A DNA stretch of 64,000 nucleotides. It comes from Phycisphaeraceae bacterium. Lineage in GTDB: Bacteria; Planctomycetota; Phycisphaerae; Phycisphaerales; Phycisphaeraceae. Shown in pieces: positions 49,746-58,797 of the stretch. Under the pieces are notes generated by a model. That model was not told the DNA's origin, did not search any database, and saw only the letters and a program-made list of their open reading frames with translations. Location: NCBI GenBank assembly GCA_963674705.1, contig OY771506.1:2368001-2432000 (forward strand), in the 5' to 3' direction. The translations under genes were made by a program, and so were the position numbers. How positions within the stretch are numbered: the first letter of the stretch is position 1; the number at the start of each line of letters is the position of its first letter.

Positions 49746-50429
49746 TCAGGACACCAACTCATAATCGAAGTCGACGTGATCGAAGAACAGGCCGGCGACT
49801 TCCAGCCCGATCCGCTCGGAGAGGGCGCGGGCGAGATTGGACATGGCGTGGCGACGTGTGCGGTCGACGGTTTGCTTGTCTATGGTGACGGTGAGCGTTT
49901 CGCCCGGTTCGTTCGGTTGTGCCATTTTGTTTTCCGGGCGCGCGGGGAACAGACGCTGGCCCGTCTGAACATCGATGACCTTGACCTCGCAATGCGCGGT
50001 CGGTTCGTAGTAGGTGTTTTTATCGGTGAGGTCGACAGAGCGGATGAGCACGTAGATGACCTGGTCGGCTTTGAGCCGTTTGCCGACTTCATCGATGGGT
50101 GTCGACTGGTAACGGTCCCCCATATTTGCGGCCAGCACGGTCAGGTGGTCCTGCGCGATAATCATCTCGGGCGGTAATACGCCCTTGTCCTGCATGTGGA
50201 AGTTTGCGTTAGCAGCGATGACGGTCGGATAGTTCAGGTCTCCGAGCAGATTTTGCGGATCATCGACGATAACGAGGGTTTGGCGCGGTTCGAGTTTGTA
50301 CTTGGCTTTGATCTTAGGCGGCCCGGCGATGACATAGGCAGCGAAGTCGGGCGCTTCACAACTGGCGCAGCACAGGCACAGCGTTACCAGGCACAACAAG
50401 GCGGAGTAGTGGCGGATTCGGTCACGCAT
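49746..50429 (-). CDS. Hypothetical lipoprotein
   Basis: Cys-containing lipoprotein signal; EVGKRLKADQVIYV pattern; similar to the adjacent gene. Confidence 0.75.
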   Translation of the reverse strand: MRDRIRHYSALLCLVTLCLCCASCEAPDFAAYVIAGPPKIKAKYKLEPRQTLVIVDDPQNLLGDLNYPTVIAANANFHMQDKGVLPPEMIIAQDHLTVLAANMGDRYQSTPIDEVGKRLKADQVIYVLIRSVDLTDKNTYYEPTAHCEVKVIDVQTGQRLFPARPENKMAQPNEPGETLTVTIDKQTVDRTRRHAMSNLARALSERIGLEVAGLFFDHVDFDYELVS

Positions 50430-51061
50430 CAATCTTCGACCTCTTCCTGGTGGTCATAGAACAGGCCGGCACCTCTTTCGGCAAAGAGGTAAATCATACC
50501 GAGCTGGATCGACTCGTTGTCGGCATCGATGACACCGACGGTGCTGGATTCGGGGAACTTGGCGCTGATGGTGTTCTGGAAGACGAAGTTGTCCGGGTCG
50601 ACCCCGTTTGCGTTGATGACGCCGATATTCCCGGTGATCAAACCCTGCCAGATGTGCGCGTTGCCCGGTTCGTGCGTCTGGTACTCGATGAGGTCGACGA
50701 GCACGACCTTGTCGACGTTGAGCTTTTCAGCGAGTTCGCTGTAGCGCATGTTCATCCAGTAGGGATTGTTATTCTGGAAGGTTTCGATTTTTTCAGGGAT
50801 GGTGGTGGTGACACCCGGCACGTTTTTGGCGATACGGCTGGTCATGGCGACGCAGACGTACTTACGTGAGTCGGGATATTCATACAACAGATGACTGTCG
50901 GCGGCGACGATGACGGCGACGCGCTGGTTTTCCAGGCCCAGGTATTCCGCCTGCACATCGACCTTCTTCTTCTCGCCTGGCATTGGTTCGCAACCGAACA
51001 GGGTCTGGCCAAGAAGGATTGCGACCAAACAGAGGGTGAATCGATAGACAACTGACTTCAT
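50429..51061 (-). CDS. Hypothetical lipoprotein
   Basis: LFGC lipobox; ELAEKLNVDKVVLV pattern; ends LFYDH like its neighbour (LFFDH). Confidence 0.8.
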   Translation of the reverse strand: MKSVVYRFTLCLVAILLGQTLFGCEPMPGEKKKVDVQAEYLGLENQRVAVIVAADSHLLYEYPDSRKYVCVAMTSRIAKNVPGVTTTIPEKIETFQNNNPYWMNMRYSELAEKLNVDKVVLVDLIEYQTHEPGNAHIWQGLITGNIGVINANGVDPDNFVFQNTISAKFPESSTVGVIDADNESIQLGMIYLFAERGAGLFYDHQEEVED

Positions 51062-51552
51062 AAGCCGGCTCCGAGTATTCCGGTGTGTACGATGATTTTA
51101 TAGATCCAAGCAAGCACGAGTATGACCGCACCGATGACCACGTTCTTGGGGCGCCAGACGATATTGCCGATCGGCCCCAGCCTCATGCCGGTGATAAATG
51201 CGTAGCCACTGACGAGGGCGGTCATGGTGGTCAGCAGTGCGAGTAATGCCCCGGCGGGCTGGTTGATAAAGGCGTTGACGAAGTCACCGTGGGCTGCGTA
51301 GCTGAAGCTGGTGGTCATGCCGCAGGTAGCGCAGGGGATGCCGGTTGCGGCTTCGAGCCCGCACGGCGGCAGGCCGAGGCTTTCGTGCGTACCGACGCCT
51401 CTGACATCGGGGTGCAGCATGTAAGCGATGCCCATGACGCCTGCGGTGACGCAGAACAGGATCAGCGCGATCAGCCGGTTCTCCAAGGCCGCTTGCCTGG
51501 AGGACTTGGCGCTGGTTGGTTTGGGGATGGAATCACTTGCCACAGACTGCAT
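51058..51552 (-). CDS. DUF2752-family membrane protein
   Basis: GTHESLGLPPC....TGIPCATCGMTTSF. Confidence 0.85.
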   Translation of the reverse strand: MQSVASDSIPKPTSAKSSRQAALENRLIALILFCVTAGVMGIAYMLHPDVRGVGTHESLGLPPCGLEAATGIPCATCGMTTSFSYAAHGDFVNAFINQPAGALLALLTTMTALVSGYAFITGMRLGPIGNIVWRPKNVVIGAVILVLAWIYKIIVHTGILGAGL

Positions 51553-51748
51553 GTATTAAGGATACCCCCTTGGGGGGGCGGGGTAAATTATGGTGTGCAA
51601 GGTTGATGCGGTGGGGAGGTGGCGTGTTCGATGGATGAGATTCAAGTGCTCGTGAGGGCCGATCTGACGTGTGTCTTGTGTTTTGTGCGGGATTATGGGG
51701 CGTTGCGGCGAAACGATGGCTTGGGCGAAACCCTGCTAAGATATTGTC

Positions 51749-52675
51749 ATGCCTTATCGTTTAGTTGAAGACCACGAACGGGTTGATGAGCCGCGGCGAC
51801 GCCGGCCCAAGCGAATCCATCGGCGGATGGCTCGGCGTGGCATCGCGGTGCTGCCGACGCTGTTCACGCTGGGGAATCTTTTGTGCGGGTTCGCGTCGAT
51901 CTTTTATGCGTCCCGGGAAGCGCCGCCGGAGAACGATCCTTTGCCGTTCGGCTGGTCGCCTCTAACGCTGGCGGCGGCGCTGGTTTTCCTGGGGCTGGCG
52001 ATGGACGGGCTGGATGGGCGGATTGCCCGGCTGACGCGCAGCTTCTCGGATCTGGGCGCTCAACTGGATTCGATGGCGGACATGGTGACGTTCGGCGTGG
52101 CGCCGGCGTTCATGATGGTGCAGTTGATCGGGGTGCGTGCGCCGTTTGTTTCGGAGATGCATCCGACGGGAAGCGTGTTGTTTGACCGGCTTGTGGTGAT
52201 CACCGCGGGGATTTACGTCGCGTGTGTGGCGCTGCGGTTGGCGCGCTACAACATCGAATCACCTCCGCCGGGCGAAGCGGACCGGGGCATGTTCAAGGGC
52301 CTGCCTTCACCCGGCGCTGCGGGGACGGTAGCGAGCCTGATCCTGCTGCACCAGTACTGGTTGATTCAGTACCCGGCGGATGATCTGCTGATCCGGATTA
52401 CCGCGGTGGGCATGGTTTTTATCAGTCTGTTGACGGCGTTGGCGATGGTCAGCCAGTTCCGTTACGTGCACCTGATGAACCGTTACGTCCGTGGGCGCGC
52501 GCCGTTCGGCACGATCGCCAAGGGTGTGATCATCGGTCTGCTGCTGTTTGTGAGTGTGCGCGAAACGCTGGCTGCGGGTTTCGTGATCTATGCGTTGTCG
52601 GCGCCGACGATCTGGGTTTATCACCGGTTGACGCGATGGTGGGGGGCGGGGGAAAGCAGGAAAGCAGGAAGTTAA
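51749..52675 (+). CDS. pssA: CDP-diacylglycerol--serine O-phosphatidyltransferase
   Basis: LPTLFTLGNLLCGF, DGLDGRIAR..GAQLDSMADMVTFGVAPA, LRLARYN, FKGLPSP. Confidence 0.88.
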   Translation: MPYRLVEDHERVDEPRRRRPKRIHRRMARRGIAVLPTLFTLGNLLCGFASIFYASREAPPENDPLPFGWSPLTLAAALVFLGLAMDGLDGRIARLTRSFSDLGAQLDSMADMVTFGVAPAFMMVQLIGVRAPFVSEMHPTGSVLFDRLVVITAGIYVACVALRLARYNIESPPPGEADRGMFKGLPSPGAAGTVASLILLHQYWLIQYPADDLLIRITAVGMVFISLLTALAMVSQFRYVHLMNRYVRGRAPFGTIAKGVIIGLLLFVSVRETLAAGFVIYALSAPTIWVYHRLTRWWGAGESRKAGS

Positions 52676-52726
52676 GAAAGCTAGAAATCGGAAAAGCAGA
52701 AAACGCAGAAAAGCAGACAATAAGAT

Positions 52727-52786
52727 CCGATACCCGATACCCGATACCCGATACCCGATACCCGATACCCGATACCCGATACCCGA
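52727..52786. repeat. Heptamer tandem array (CCGATAC)x8
   Basis: Eight perfect units plus a partial; shorter degenerate copies near 55354 and (inverted) 60711-60746. Confidence 0.97.
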
Positions 52787-52876
52787 AAACCACCCGGACC
52801 TTCGCTTTGCTCAGGACCGGCGTTGGGGGGAGTAAAGCCATTAGCCCTTAGCGATTAGCCATTAGCAATACAATTT

Positions 52877-53006
52877 CCTACACCCTACACCCTACACCCT
52901 ACACCCTACACCCTACACCCTACACCCTACACCCTACACCCTACACCCTACACCCTACACCCTACACCCTACACCCTACACCCTACACCCTACACCCTAC
53001 ACCCTA
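52877..53006. repeat. Heptamer tandem array (CCTACAC)x18
   Basis: 18 perfect units plus 4 nt, ending 1 nt from the ptsH stop codon. Confidence 0.98.
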
Positions 53007-53007
53007 T

Positions 53008-53292
53008 TCACTCTTCGTCGAATTTGCTTTCGATGAGTTTGACGAGGGCGGCGACGGCTTCTTCGGCGTCGGGGCCTTCGGCTGTGATATTCAGTTCGGT
53101 GCCTTTGGTGGCGGCGAGCATCATGAGCTGCATGATGCTTTTGCCATCGACGATCTGGCCGTCCTTAACCACCTGGATATCGCTTTTGAAGCCGCTGGCG
53201 GTATCGACAAACGACATCGCCGGCCGGGCGTGCAGCCCAAGCTTGTTGGTGATCGTGACCTGTGTCGATGCGGTATCCAAAGCGCAGCTCAT
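53008..53292 (-). CDS. ptsH: Phosphocarrier protein HPr
   Basis: NKLGLHARPA (His15) and DGKSIMQLMML (Ser46). Confidence 0.95.
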   Translation of the reverse strand: MSCALDTASTQVTITNKLGLHARPAMSFVDTASGFKSDIQVVKDGQIVDGKSIMQLMMLAATKGTELNITAEGPDAEEAVAALVKLIESKFDEE

Positions 53293-53324
53293 TTCATGCG
53301 ACTGGTTGGTTTGGGTTGTGATTT

Positions 53325-53801
53325 TCAGCCGGCCAGTTGCTGGGTGTCTGCCTCGTGCAGCAGGTCCTTGATTTCTTCGGCGGTCGTGGCCTGGCGGAGG
53401 AACCGGCGGAAGTTGTCTTTCTGCAGGTTGGAGAAGATGTTTTCCATGGCCTGCAGGTGTTCGTCCGGTTTGTCGGCGGGGGAAAGCAGGAGGACGACCG
53501 AGTAGACCGGCGCCTTATCGAGGGCGTTGAAGTCGACGCCTTTCTGGCTGACACCGATGGCGGCGACCATCTTCTTGATCTTCTCGTGCTTGACGTGCGG
53601 GACGGCGACCCCCTTGCCGAAGCCGGTCGAGCCGTGCTTCTCACGGCCGATGATTTCCTTTATCAGCGCATCCCTGTGCGTCTTGGGTACGCCCCCGGCT
53701 TCCACGGCAGCATCAACCAGTTCGCTGATCACATCGTCGCGCTCGGTTGACTTCAGATCGGGGATCAAAGCGTCAGTTAATACAAAATCCAGCAGCTTCA
53801 T
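53325..53801 (-). CDS. ptsN: PTS EIIA component (Ntr/fructose type)
   Basis: REKHGSTGFGKGVAVPH, GVDFNALD.APV, HLQAM. Confidence 0.88.
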   Translation of the reverse strand: MKLLDFVLTDALIPDLKSTERDDVISELVDAAVEAGGVPKTHRDALIKEIIGREKHGSTGFGKGVAVPHVKHEKIKKMVAAIGVSQKGVDFNALDKAPVYSVVLLLSPADKPDEHLQAMENIFSNLQKDNFRRFLRQATTAEEIKDLLHEADTQQLAG

Positions 53802-53868
53802 CGGGAGATTCCAGGGGTGTCATTCAAGAAGGCGGACCGTCCGCCGGGGGTCGTATAGGATACCTATA

Positions 53869-54180
53869 TTAGTGTGTGGGGTTGTGCTTGTGGTTTTTCA
53901 CTTTTTGTTTGTGCTCGCTGAGCTGGCGTTCCAGCTTGCTTTGGGCCTGATCGATCGTGGCGTAGAGGTCTTCGCCCTGGATGGTGGCGATGAACGGCTC
54001 GTGGTGGCCGACGTGGACGATGACTTCGACTTCGTACTGGTTAGCCTGGGATTTGTCGGCGACCACCTCGATACGCTGGATCTGGTCGTAATATTTATCC
54101 AGCTTACTCACTTTCTGGACCGCGTATTCGTGGATCGCATCGGTGATGTCCAAGTGCTTGCCGCTGACTGTGATCTCCAT
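53869..54180 (-). CDS. hpf: Ribosome hibernation factor (short HPF/RaiA)
   Basis: MEITVSGKHLDITDAI..KVSKLDKY..DLYATID..KLERQL. Confidence 0.92.
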   Translation of the reverse strand: MEITVSGKHLDITDAIHEYAVQKVSKLDKYYDQIQRIEVVADKSQANQYEVEVIVHVGHHEPFIATIQGEDLYATIDQAQSKLERQLSEHKQKVKNHKHNPTH

Positions 54181-54212
54181 CGTGTTCTCCGAGGGGTTGA
54201 TAAAGTCTGAAC

Positions 54213-55205
54213 CTACGAGGGCGTGTCACCCGTTTCCGCCCGGCTTTTGGGTGATTCAGGTTCATCGGTCGATTCGAACAGCTTGGGATTGTGACCCTTG
54301 ATCTGCTGTCCCGGAGGGATCAATACCCCGCCCGACACGGCGAACTTGATCGCCTCTTCTATTGTAATCGGTAAATCGATTGTGTCCGCTTTGGGCACAG
54401 TGATCACGTATCCCGTGAATGGGGTTGGACTTGAAGGGATAAATACGGTCAGGCAGGGTTGGCCGGCTCTCTGCTCGATCAGCACCATGGTTTCACCGGT
54501 TACCAGACCCACGGACCACAGGCCCTTTCGGGGGTATTCCACCGCCACGACGGCGCTGAACTGAGGTCGTTTCTCCTGGCCGACGAAAAAGTCGGTCACC
54601 TGCTTGATCGCAGGGTAAATGTTGCGGATCACCGGGACGCGGTGGATCAGTTCCTCGCCCTTGTGGTAGAGGCGGCGGCCGATAAAGCTGCCGACCAGCA
54701 GGCCGACGATGTAGATCAGGATGATGGCGATGACCAGGCCGATCACATCCATCACGACCCACTTGCCGATGGTGTAGGACTCCCACCAGCGATTGACGAC
54801 GGCGGTGCGGACCGATTGCTCGATTTCCGGCTGCATCCGCATCCACTGGCGGCGGTACTCGATCCGCTTGGCGGCGTTGAACTTCTCAGGGCCGAGGCTC
54901 GTGGACATCTCGCTGTCGGCAACTTCCCAGGCATCTTTCTGCTGCTGGGTCATTTTTTCGACAGCATCGTCGTAGTCATCATCCTGAGCCGCCGGCAGGG
55001 GGGAATAATGGACCAGCAGGAGCTTAACGCCGTTGTTGATCGGCCCGGCGAAGTTTTTCTGGACGAAGCCGTAGGCCCAGACGAACAGCCAGATGGTCAA
55101 CAGCGTGGGCAGCAGGATTGCCAGACCACGCAGGAAGAATCGGCGGAAGTTGCCCCCGTGGCTGGGCGCGGGCTCAATTTCAGGCGGCGGAACGTTTTCG
55201 GTCAT
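54213..55205 (-). CDS. DUF502-domain membrane protein
   Basis: FFLRGLAILLP, RVPVIRNIY, VEYPRKG, FIPSSPTPFTGY, AVSGG. Confidence 0.9.
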   Translation of the reverse strand: MTENVPPPEIEPAPSHGGNFRRFFLRGLAILLPTLLTIWLFVWAYGFVQKNFAGPINNGVKLLLVHYSPLPAAQDDDYDDAVEKMTQQQKDAWEVADSEMSTSLGPEKFNAAKRIEYRRQWMRMQPEIEQSVRTAVVNRWWESYTIGKWVVMDVIGLVIAIILIYIVGLLVGSFIGRRLYHKGEELIHRVPVIRNIYPAIKQVTDFFVGQEKRPQFSAVVAVEYPRKGLWSVGLVTGETMVLIEQRAGQPCLTVFIPSSPTPFTGYVITVPKADTIDLPITIEEAIKFAVSGGVLIPPGQQIKGHNPKLFESTDEPESPKSRAETGDTPS

Positions 55206-55310
55206 AGTCAGTGGAACAGTCTATCTTGGGGGACATGCAAGAATAGAGATGTAACTGTCCGAGGTCAAAGAGGTGTTTGGCGATTCGTGGCTGGTGGCTG
55301 GTTTGGGGTA

Positions 55311-55519
55311 GGAAAGCAGAAAAGCAGAAAACGCAGAAAAGCAGGAAATAAGACCCGATACTCGATACCCGATACCCGAAAACCACCCGGACCTTCGCTG
55401 CGCTCAGGACCGGCGTTGGGGGTGGGAAAAGCGGGAAATGCTCAGGACCGGCGTTGGGCAGCATATTAGCGATTAACGATTAGCAATCAGCGATTAAATT
55501 CGCTACACCCCACACCCCC
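55311..55519. repeat. Contracted second copy of the composite heptamer element
   Basis: Same module order as 52652-53006, including CCGAAAACCACCCGGACCTTCGCT..GCTCAGGACCGGCGTTGGGGG. Confidence 0.88.
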
Positions 55520-55520
55520 G

Positions 55521-56684
55521 TCACTCGCCGAAGTCCATACGATGGACTGCCCGGATCGGGGTGGGGACGGGGACGCCCAGGAATGGGGCTTTGACCTGGC
55601 CGCCCAGGACGTAGGCGGCGTTGTTGTAGACGAAACCGGCGGCGTCATCGTGGGCGATTTCAGTGGACGGCAGGACGTTGACGGAGAGGGCGACGGGGTC
55701 CAGCCAGAGGGCCTCGGCCAACTCGGTGTCGTGCATGTGGTTCTCTGATTCGCCGCCGACCAGCAGGTAGCCGCCGTTAATTTTGAACAGCAGATGATCC
55801 GCGACACCCGCGGGCAGGCCCAGCGCCGGGCCGTCCTCGATTTTATGACCGGCTTCGTCGTCCAACGTCAGGAGCCAGGTCTTATCCGTGGTGTGGCCGT
55901 CGACCGATTGCCCGCCGATGATCCAGATTCGGCCGTCGGGCAGTTGTGTCACGGCAAGATCGTCCAGCGACAACGGCAAATGGACATCCAACAGCGTGGA
56001 TTCACCCGCTTTTAGATCGACGCGCTCGAAGGTGGTTCGGCCGATCCCGCCTGCGATCAGCAGCATGCCGTCGCGGAGCATGATCGAGTCTTGCCCGCGT
56101 CGCGGCTGATGCAATGGGCACAGCGGCTGCCATGTCTCGGTCGCTGGATCGTAGATGCAAACGAGCAGAACGGTTACTGCGACGACTCGGCCGTCATCGA
56201 GCAGGTGCAGCGTGGGGGATTGGCTGGGCTGGGGCAGGTCGGCGGTAGGCTTACATTGCGTGAGGTCGGCGGATATCAGCTCGCAGCTTGCGGTTGGATT
56301 TGGCTGGGCGGCGGGCAGGCGCGTTCGGCCTCCGACGATGAGGATGCGTCCATCCTGGAGCGTGATCTGTCCATGCTGATAGCGAGCCGTATTCAATGAC
56401 AGGGGCAGCGACCACTTGAGCGTGTCGAGGTCAAGTGTCTGGATGGTGGTTGTTGCACCGCTACCGAGCACGACCCCACCGCTGACGATGGCTTTGTTAC
56501 CCGTAACGCTGACCGCCGGCGCCGCGGTGGCGACGGGCATTTCGGGCAGACTCTCCCATTGAGGGGGTTCAGCCGCGGATACGAATGTGTGGGTGAGAAG
56601 AAAAGACAGGAACAGCAGCCGCGAATGAACGCGAATACACGCAAATAAAGCGTGAAACCAATCAGATTGATTGATGGGTGCCAC
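55521..56684 (-). CDS. Secreted Kelch-repeat beta-propeller protein (start uncertain)
   Basis: LNTARYQH..LQDGRILIVGG, LRDGMLLIAGG, LPDGRIWIIGG; in-frame GTG at 56684. Confidence 0.8.
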   Translation of the reverse strand: MAPINQSDWFHALFACIRVHSRLLFLSFLLTHTFVSAAEPPQWESLPEMPVATAAPAVSVTGNKAIVSGGVVLGSGATTTIQTLDLDTLKWSLPLSLNTARYQHGQITLQDGRILIVGGRTRLPAAQPNPTASCELISADLTQCKPTADLPQPSQSPTLHLLDDGRVVAVTVLLVCIYDPATETWQPLCPLHQPRRGQDSIMLRDGMLLIAGGIGRTTFERVDLKAGESTLLDVHLPLSLDDLAVTQLPDGRIWIIGGQSVDGHTTDKTWLLTLDDEAGHKIEDGPALGLPAGVADHLLFKINGGYLLVGGESENHMHDTELAEALWLDPVALSVNVLPSTEIAHDDAAGFVYNNAAYVLGGQVKAPFLGVPVPTPIRAVHRMDFGE

Positions 56685-56873
56685 ATTGTGTCCCGCAGGG
56701 CAAAATGTGCTATGTGGCAACACGCTTTGCCGCTGCGCGGTCAAAACGTGGCACCCGTCGCCGTTGGATTCGCAACGCTTTTGTAGATGACAAGCTGTTC
56801 TCGTTGCGCGCAATCCGAATCCTCAATCAATTTGTATTGATTCGCGTTTATTGGCGTTCACTCGCGGCTAAAA
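56617..56873. repeat. Periodic IR element enclosing a GGGTGCCAC REP pair
   Basis: AGCCGCGAATGAACGCGAATACACGCAAATA ... ATTCGCGTTTATTGGCGTTCACTCGCGGCT. Confidence 0.8.
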
Positions 56874-56880
56874 CCAGTTT

Positions 56881-58137
56881 TCACTTCACATCAAACCGGA
56901 ACAGCCGTTTCTTGCCGGCCCGCACGAGCACGTAGCCATCAGCCACATCATCGGCATTTACCTGCTGGTTGATATCGTTGACGACGGTGTCGTGCAGCTT
57001 GACGCCACCACCTGATACGAGGCGTTTGGCTTCGCCGTTCGATTTAGCGAGGCCTGCCTTGACCAGGAGCTGGATGATGCCGATCCCGCCGGCCAGTTCG
57101 TCGGCAGGGAGGTCGGCGTGGGGGATGGCTTCACCGGTCACATCCTGTGCGGCGCTGAAGGCTTTTTTCGCGCTATCACGGGCGGTCTCGGCCTCGGCTT
57201 CGCCGTGGATCAGCTTGGTGACCTCATAAGCGAGGATCTCCTTCGCTGCGTTCAGTTCCTGGCCCTCCAGCGAACCGAGCCGATTGACTTCCTCGACAGG
57301 CAGGAAGGTGAAGAAGCCGAGGTATCGGCGAACATCCATGTCGGGGGTGTTGCGCCAGAACTGGTAGAAGTCGTACGGGCTGGTACGTTTCGGATCGAGC
57401 CAGATGTTGCCTGATTCACTTTTGCCGAACTTTCCGCCGTCGCTCTTGGTGACCAACGGCATCGTCAGCCCGGCAAGGTCCGCGCCGGCGATCCGCCGAC
57501 CCAGCTCGATGCCCATCACGATGTTGCCCCACTGGTCCTGCCCGCCCATCTGCACGGTGCACTTGTGGGTCTTGAACAAGTGCAGGAAGTCGATCGCCTG
57601 CATGACCATGTAGTTGAACTCGAGGAACGTCAGCCCGCTCTCCGCCTCGATACGGCTCTTGACCGAGTCCATCGTCAGCATGCGGTTGACCGAGAAGTGA
57701 GGCCCGTAGTCGCGCAATAACTCGACCCAGCTTAACTTCGTCAGCCAGTCGGCGTTGTTGACCATCCGCGCGCCGGTCGGCGAATCGTTGAAGTCGACGA
57801 TCGACGATATCTGCTTGCCGATGCACAGGGCGTTGTGGTTGATGTCTTCGATGGTGAGCATCTTGCGGGATTCAGTCTTGCCGGAGGGGTCCCCAACGAG
57901 CCCGGTCCCCCCGCCGACCAGCGCGATCGGCCTGTGCCCACACCGCTGAGCATGCGCCAGCACCATGATCGGCACGAGCGACCCGACATGCAGGCTGTCA
58001 GCCGTGGGATCAAACCCGATATAACACGTCACCGGCTTCTGAAGCCGCTCGCGGATGTTTTCGTCTGTCGATTGCGAAACCAAGCCTCGTTCAGCGAGGA
58101 CGTCATATAAATTAGCTGTGGTGGTAGATGTACTCAT
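56881..58137 (-). CDS. tyrS: Tyrosine--tRNA ligase
   Basis: YIGFDPTADSLHVGS, QMGGQDQWGN, KFGKS, C-terminal S4 domain. Confidence 0.97.
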   Translation of the reverse strand: MSTSTTTANLYDVLAERGLVSQSTDENIRERLQKPVTCYIGFDPTADSLHVGSLVPIMVLAHAQRCGHRPIALVGGGTGLVGDPSGKTESRKMLTIEDINHNALCIGKQISSIVDFNDSPTGARMVNNADWLTKLSWVELLRDYGPHFSVNRMLTMDSVKSRIEAESGLTFLEFNYMVMQAIDFLHLFKTHKCTVQMGGQDQWGNIVMGIELGRRIAGADLAGLTMPLVTKSDGGKFGKSESGNIWLDPKRTSPYDFYQFWRNTPDMDVRRYLGFFTFLPVEEVNRLGSLEGQELNAAKEILAYEVTKLIHGEAEAETARDSAKKAFSAAQDVTGEAIPHADLPADELAGGIGIIQLLVKAGLAKSNGEAKRLVSGGGVKLHDTVVNDINQQVNADDVADGYVLVRAGKKRLFRFDVK

Positions 58138-58233
58138 AACGCTACAGAGTGTACCCAAGAAGCCCACGTTCGCCGAACGTGGGCTTCGGACGCTCATGGG
58201 GTCTTGCACTTCAGGATGCAGCGTAGTTCGCTG

Positions 58234-58692
58234 TTATGGTCCTGAATGCTCGTAGTATGATTGTCCACCCTCACCACCCCAGTCCACGAGCAGGTACTCC
58301 GGGAGTTGGCTCAGATCTCCGATAAATGTTTTGTCGTCTAATTGCACCGACAGGCTGCCGTTTTCATATTGGTACGTTCCGCCATAGGTTCTGTCGTCTG
58401 GTCGATTGAAACCATAAGCGTCGGGGTTGTGATACACGTGGATGGTGTATGTGCCGTCTCGGTTGAAGGTGAGGGTGTGCGTGATGACTGTCAAAGGATT
58501 GTCGTGACTATCTGGGACGACCTCTTGCTCAGTCCAGTAGCCGTAGAGCGGTGATGATGCATCCAAATCAAGCGGGGGGCGGTTGGGATCATCACAGCCG
58601 TTAATCAGTAATAAAATCGAGAATATGGCAATAATCCACACGCGATGAAGTGATGCGTATATAAGGCCCACGGTATTGCTCTCCGACCGCAT
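58234..58692 (-). CDS. Hypothetical lipoprotein (lipocalin-like beta protein)
   Basis: INGC lipobox, LYGYW, LTFNRDGTY, GTYQY. Confidence 0.7.
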   Translation of the reverse strand: MRSESNTVGLIYASLHRVWIIAIFSILLLINGCDDPNRPPLDLDASSPLYGYWTEQEVVPDSHDNPLTVITHTLTFNRDGTYTIHVYHNPDAYGFNRPDDRTYGGTYQYENGSLSVQLDDKTFIGDLSQLPEYLLVDWGGEGGQSYYEHSGP

Positions 58693-58797
58693 GAACAATA
58701 GCAAATAAGAATTGTCCGGATCAGTATATCCGCTTCGAACGAAGTTCGGTTCTTTTCTTACCCCCTCTCCCGCTGGAAGAAGGGACCGGAGCGGATG

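Noticed and set aside
52530..52851. ORFs with YRVSGIG / DTRYPIP repeats
   Set aside because: Artefactual translation of the heptamer array
52727..53006. CRISPR array
   Set aside because: Pure 7-bp tandem units with no unique spacers and no cas genes
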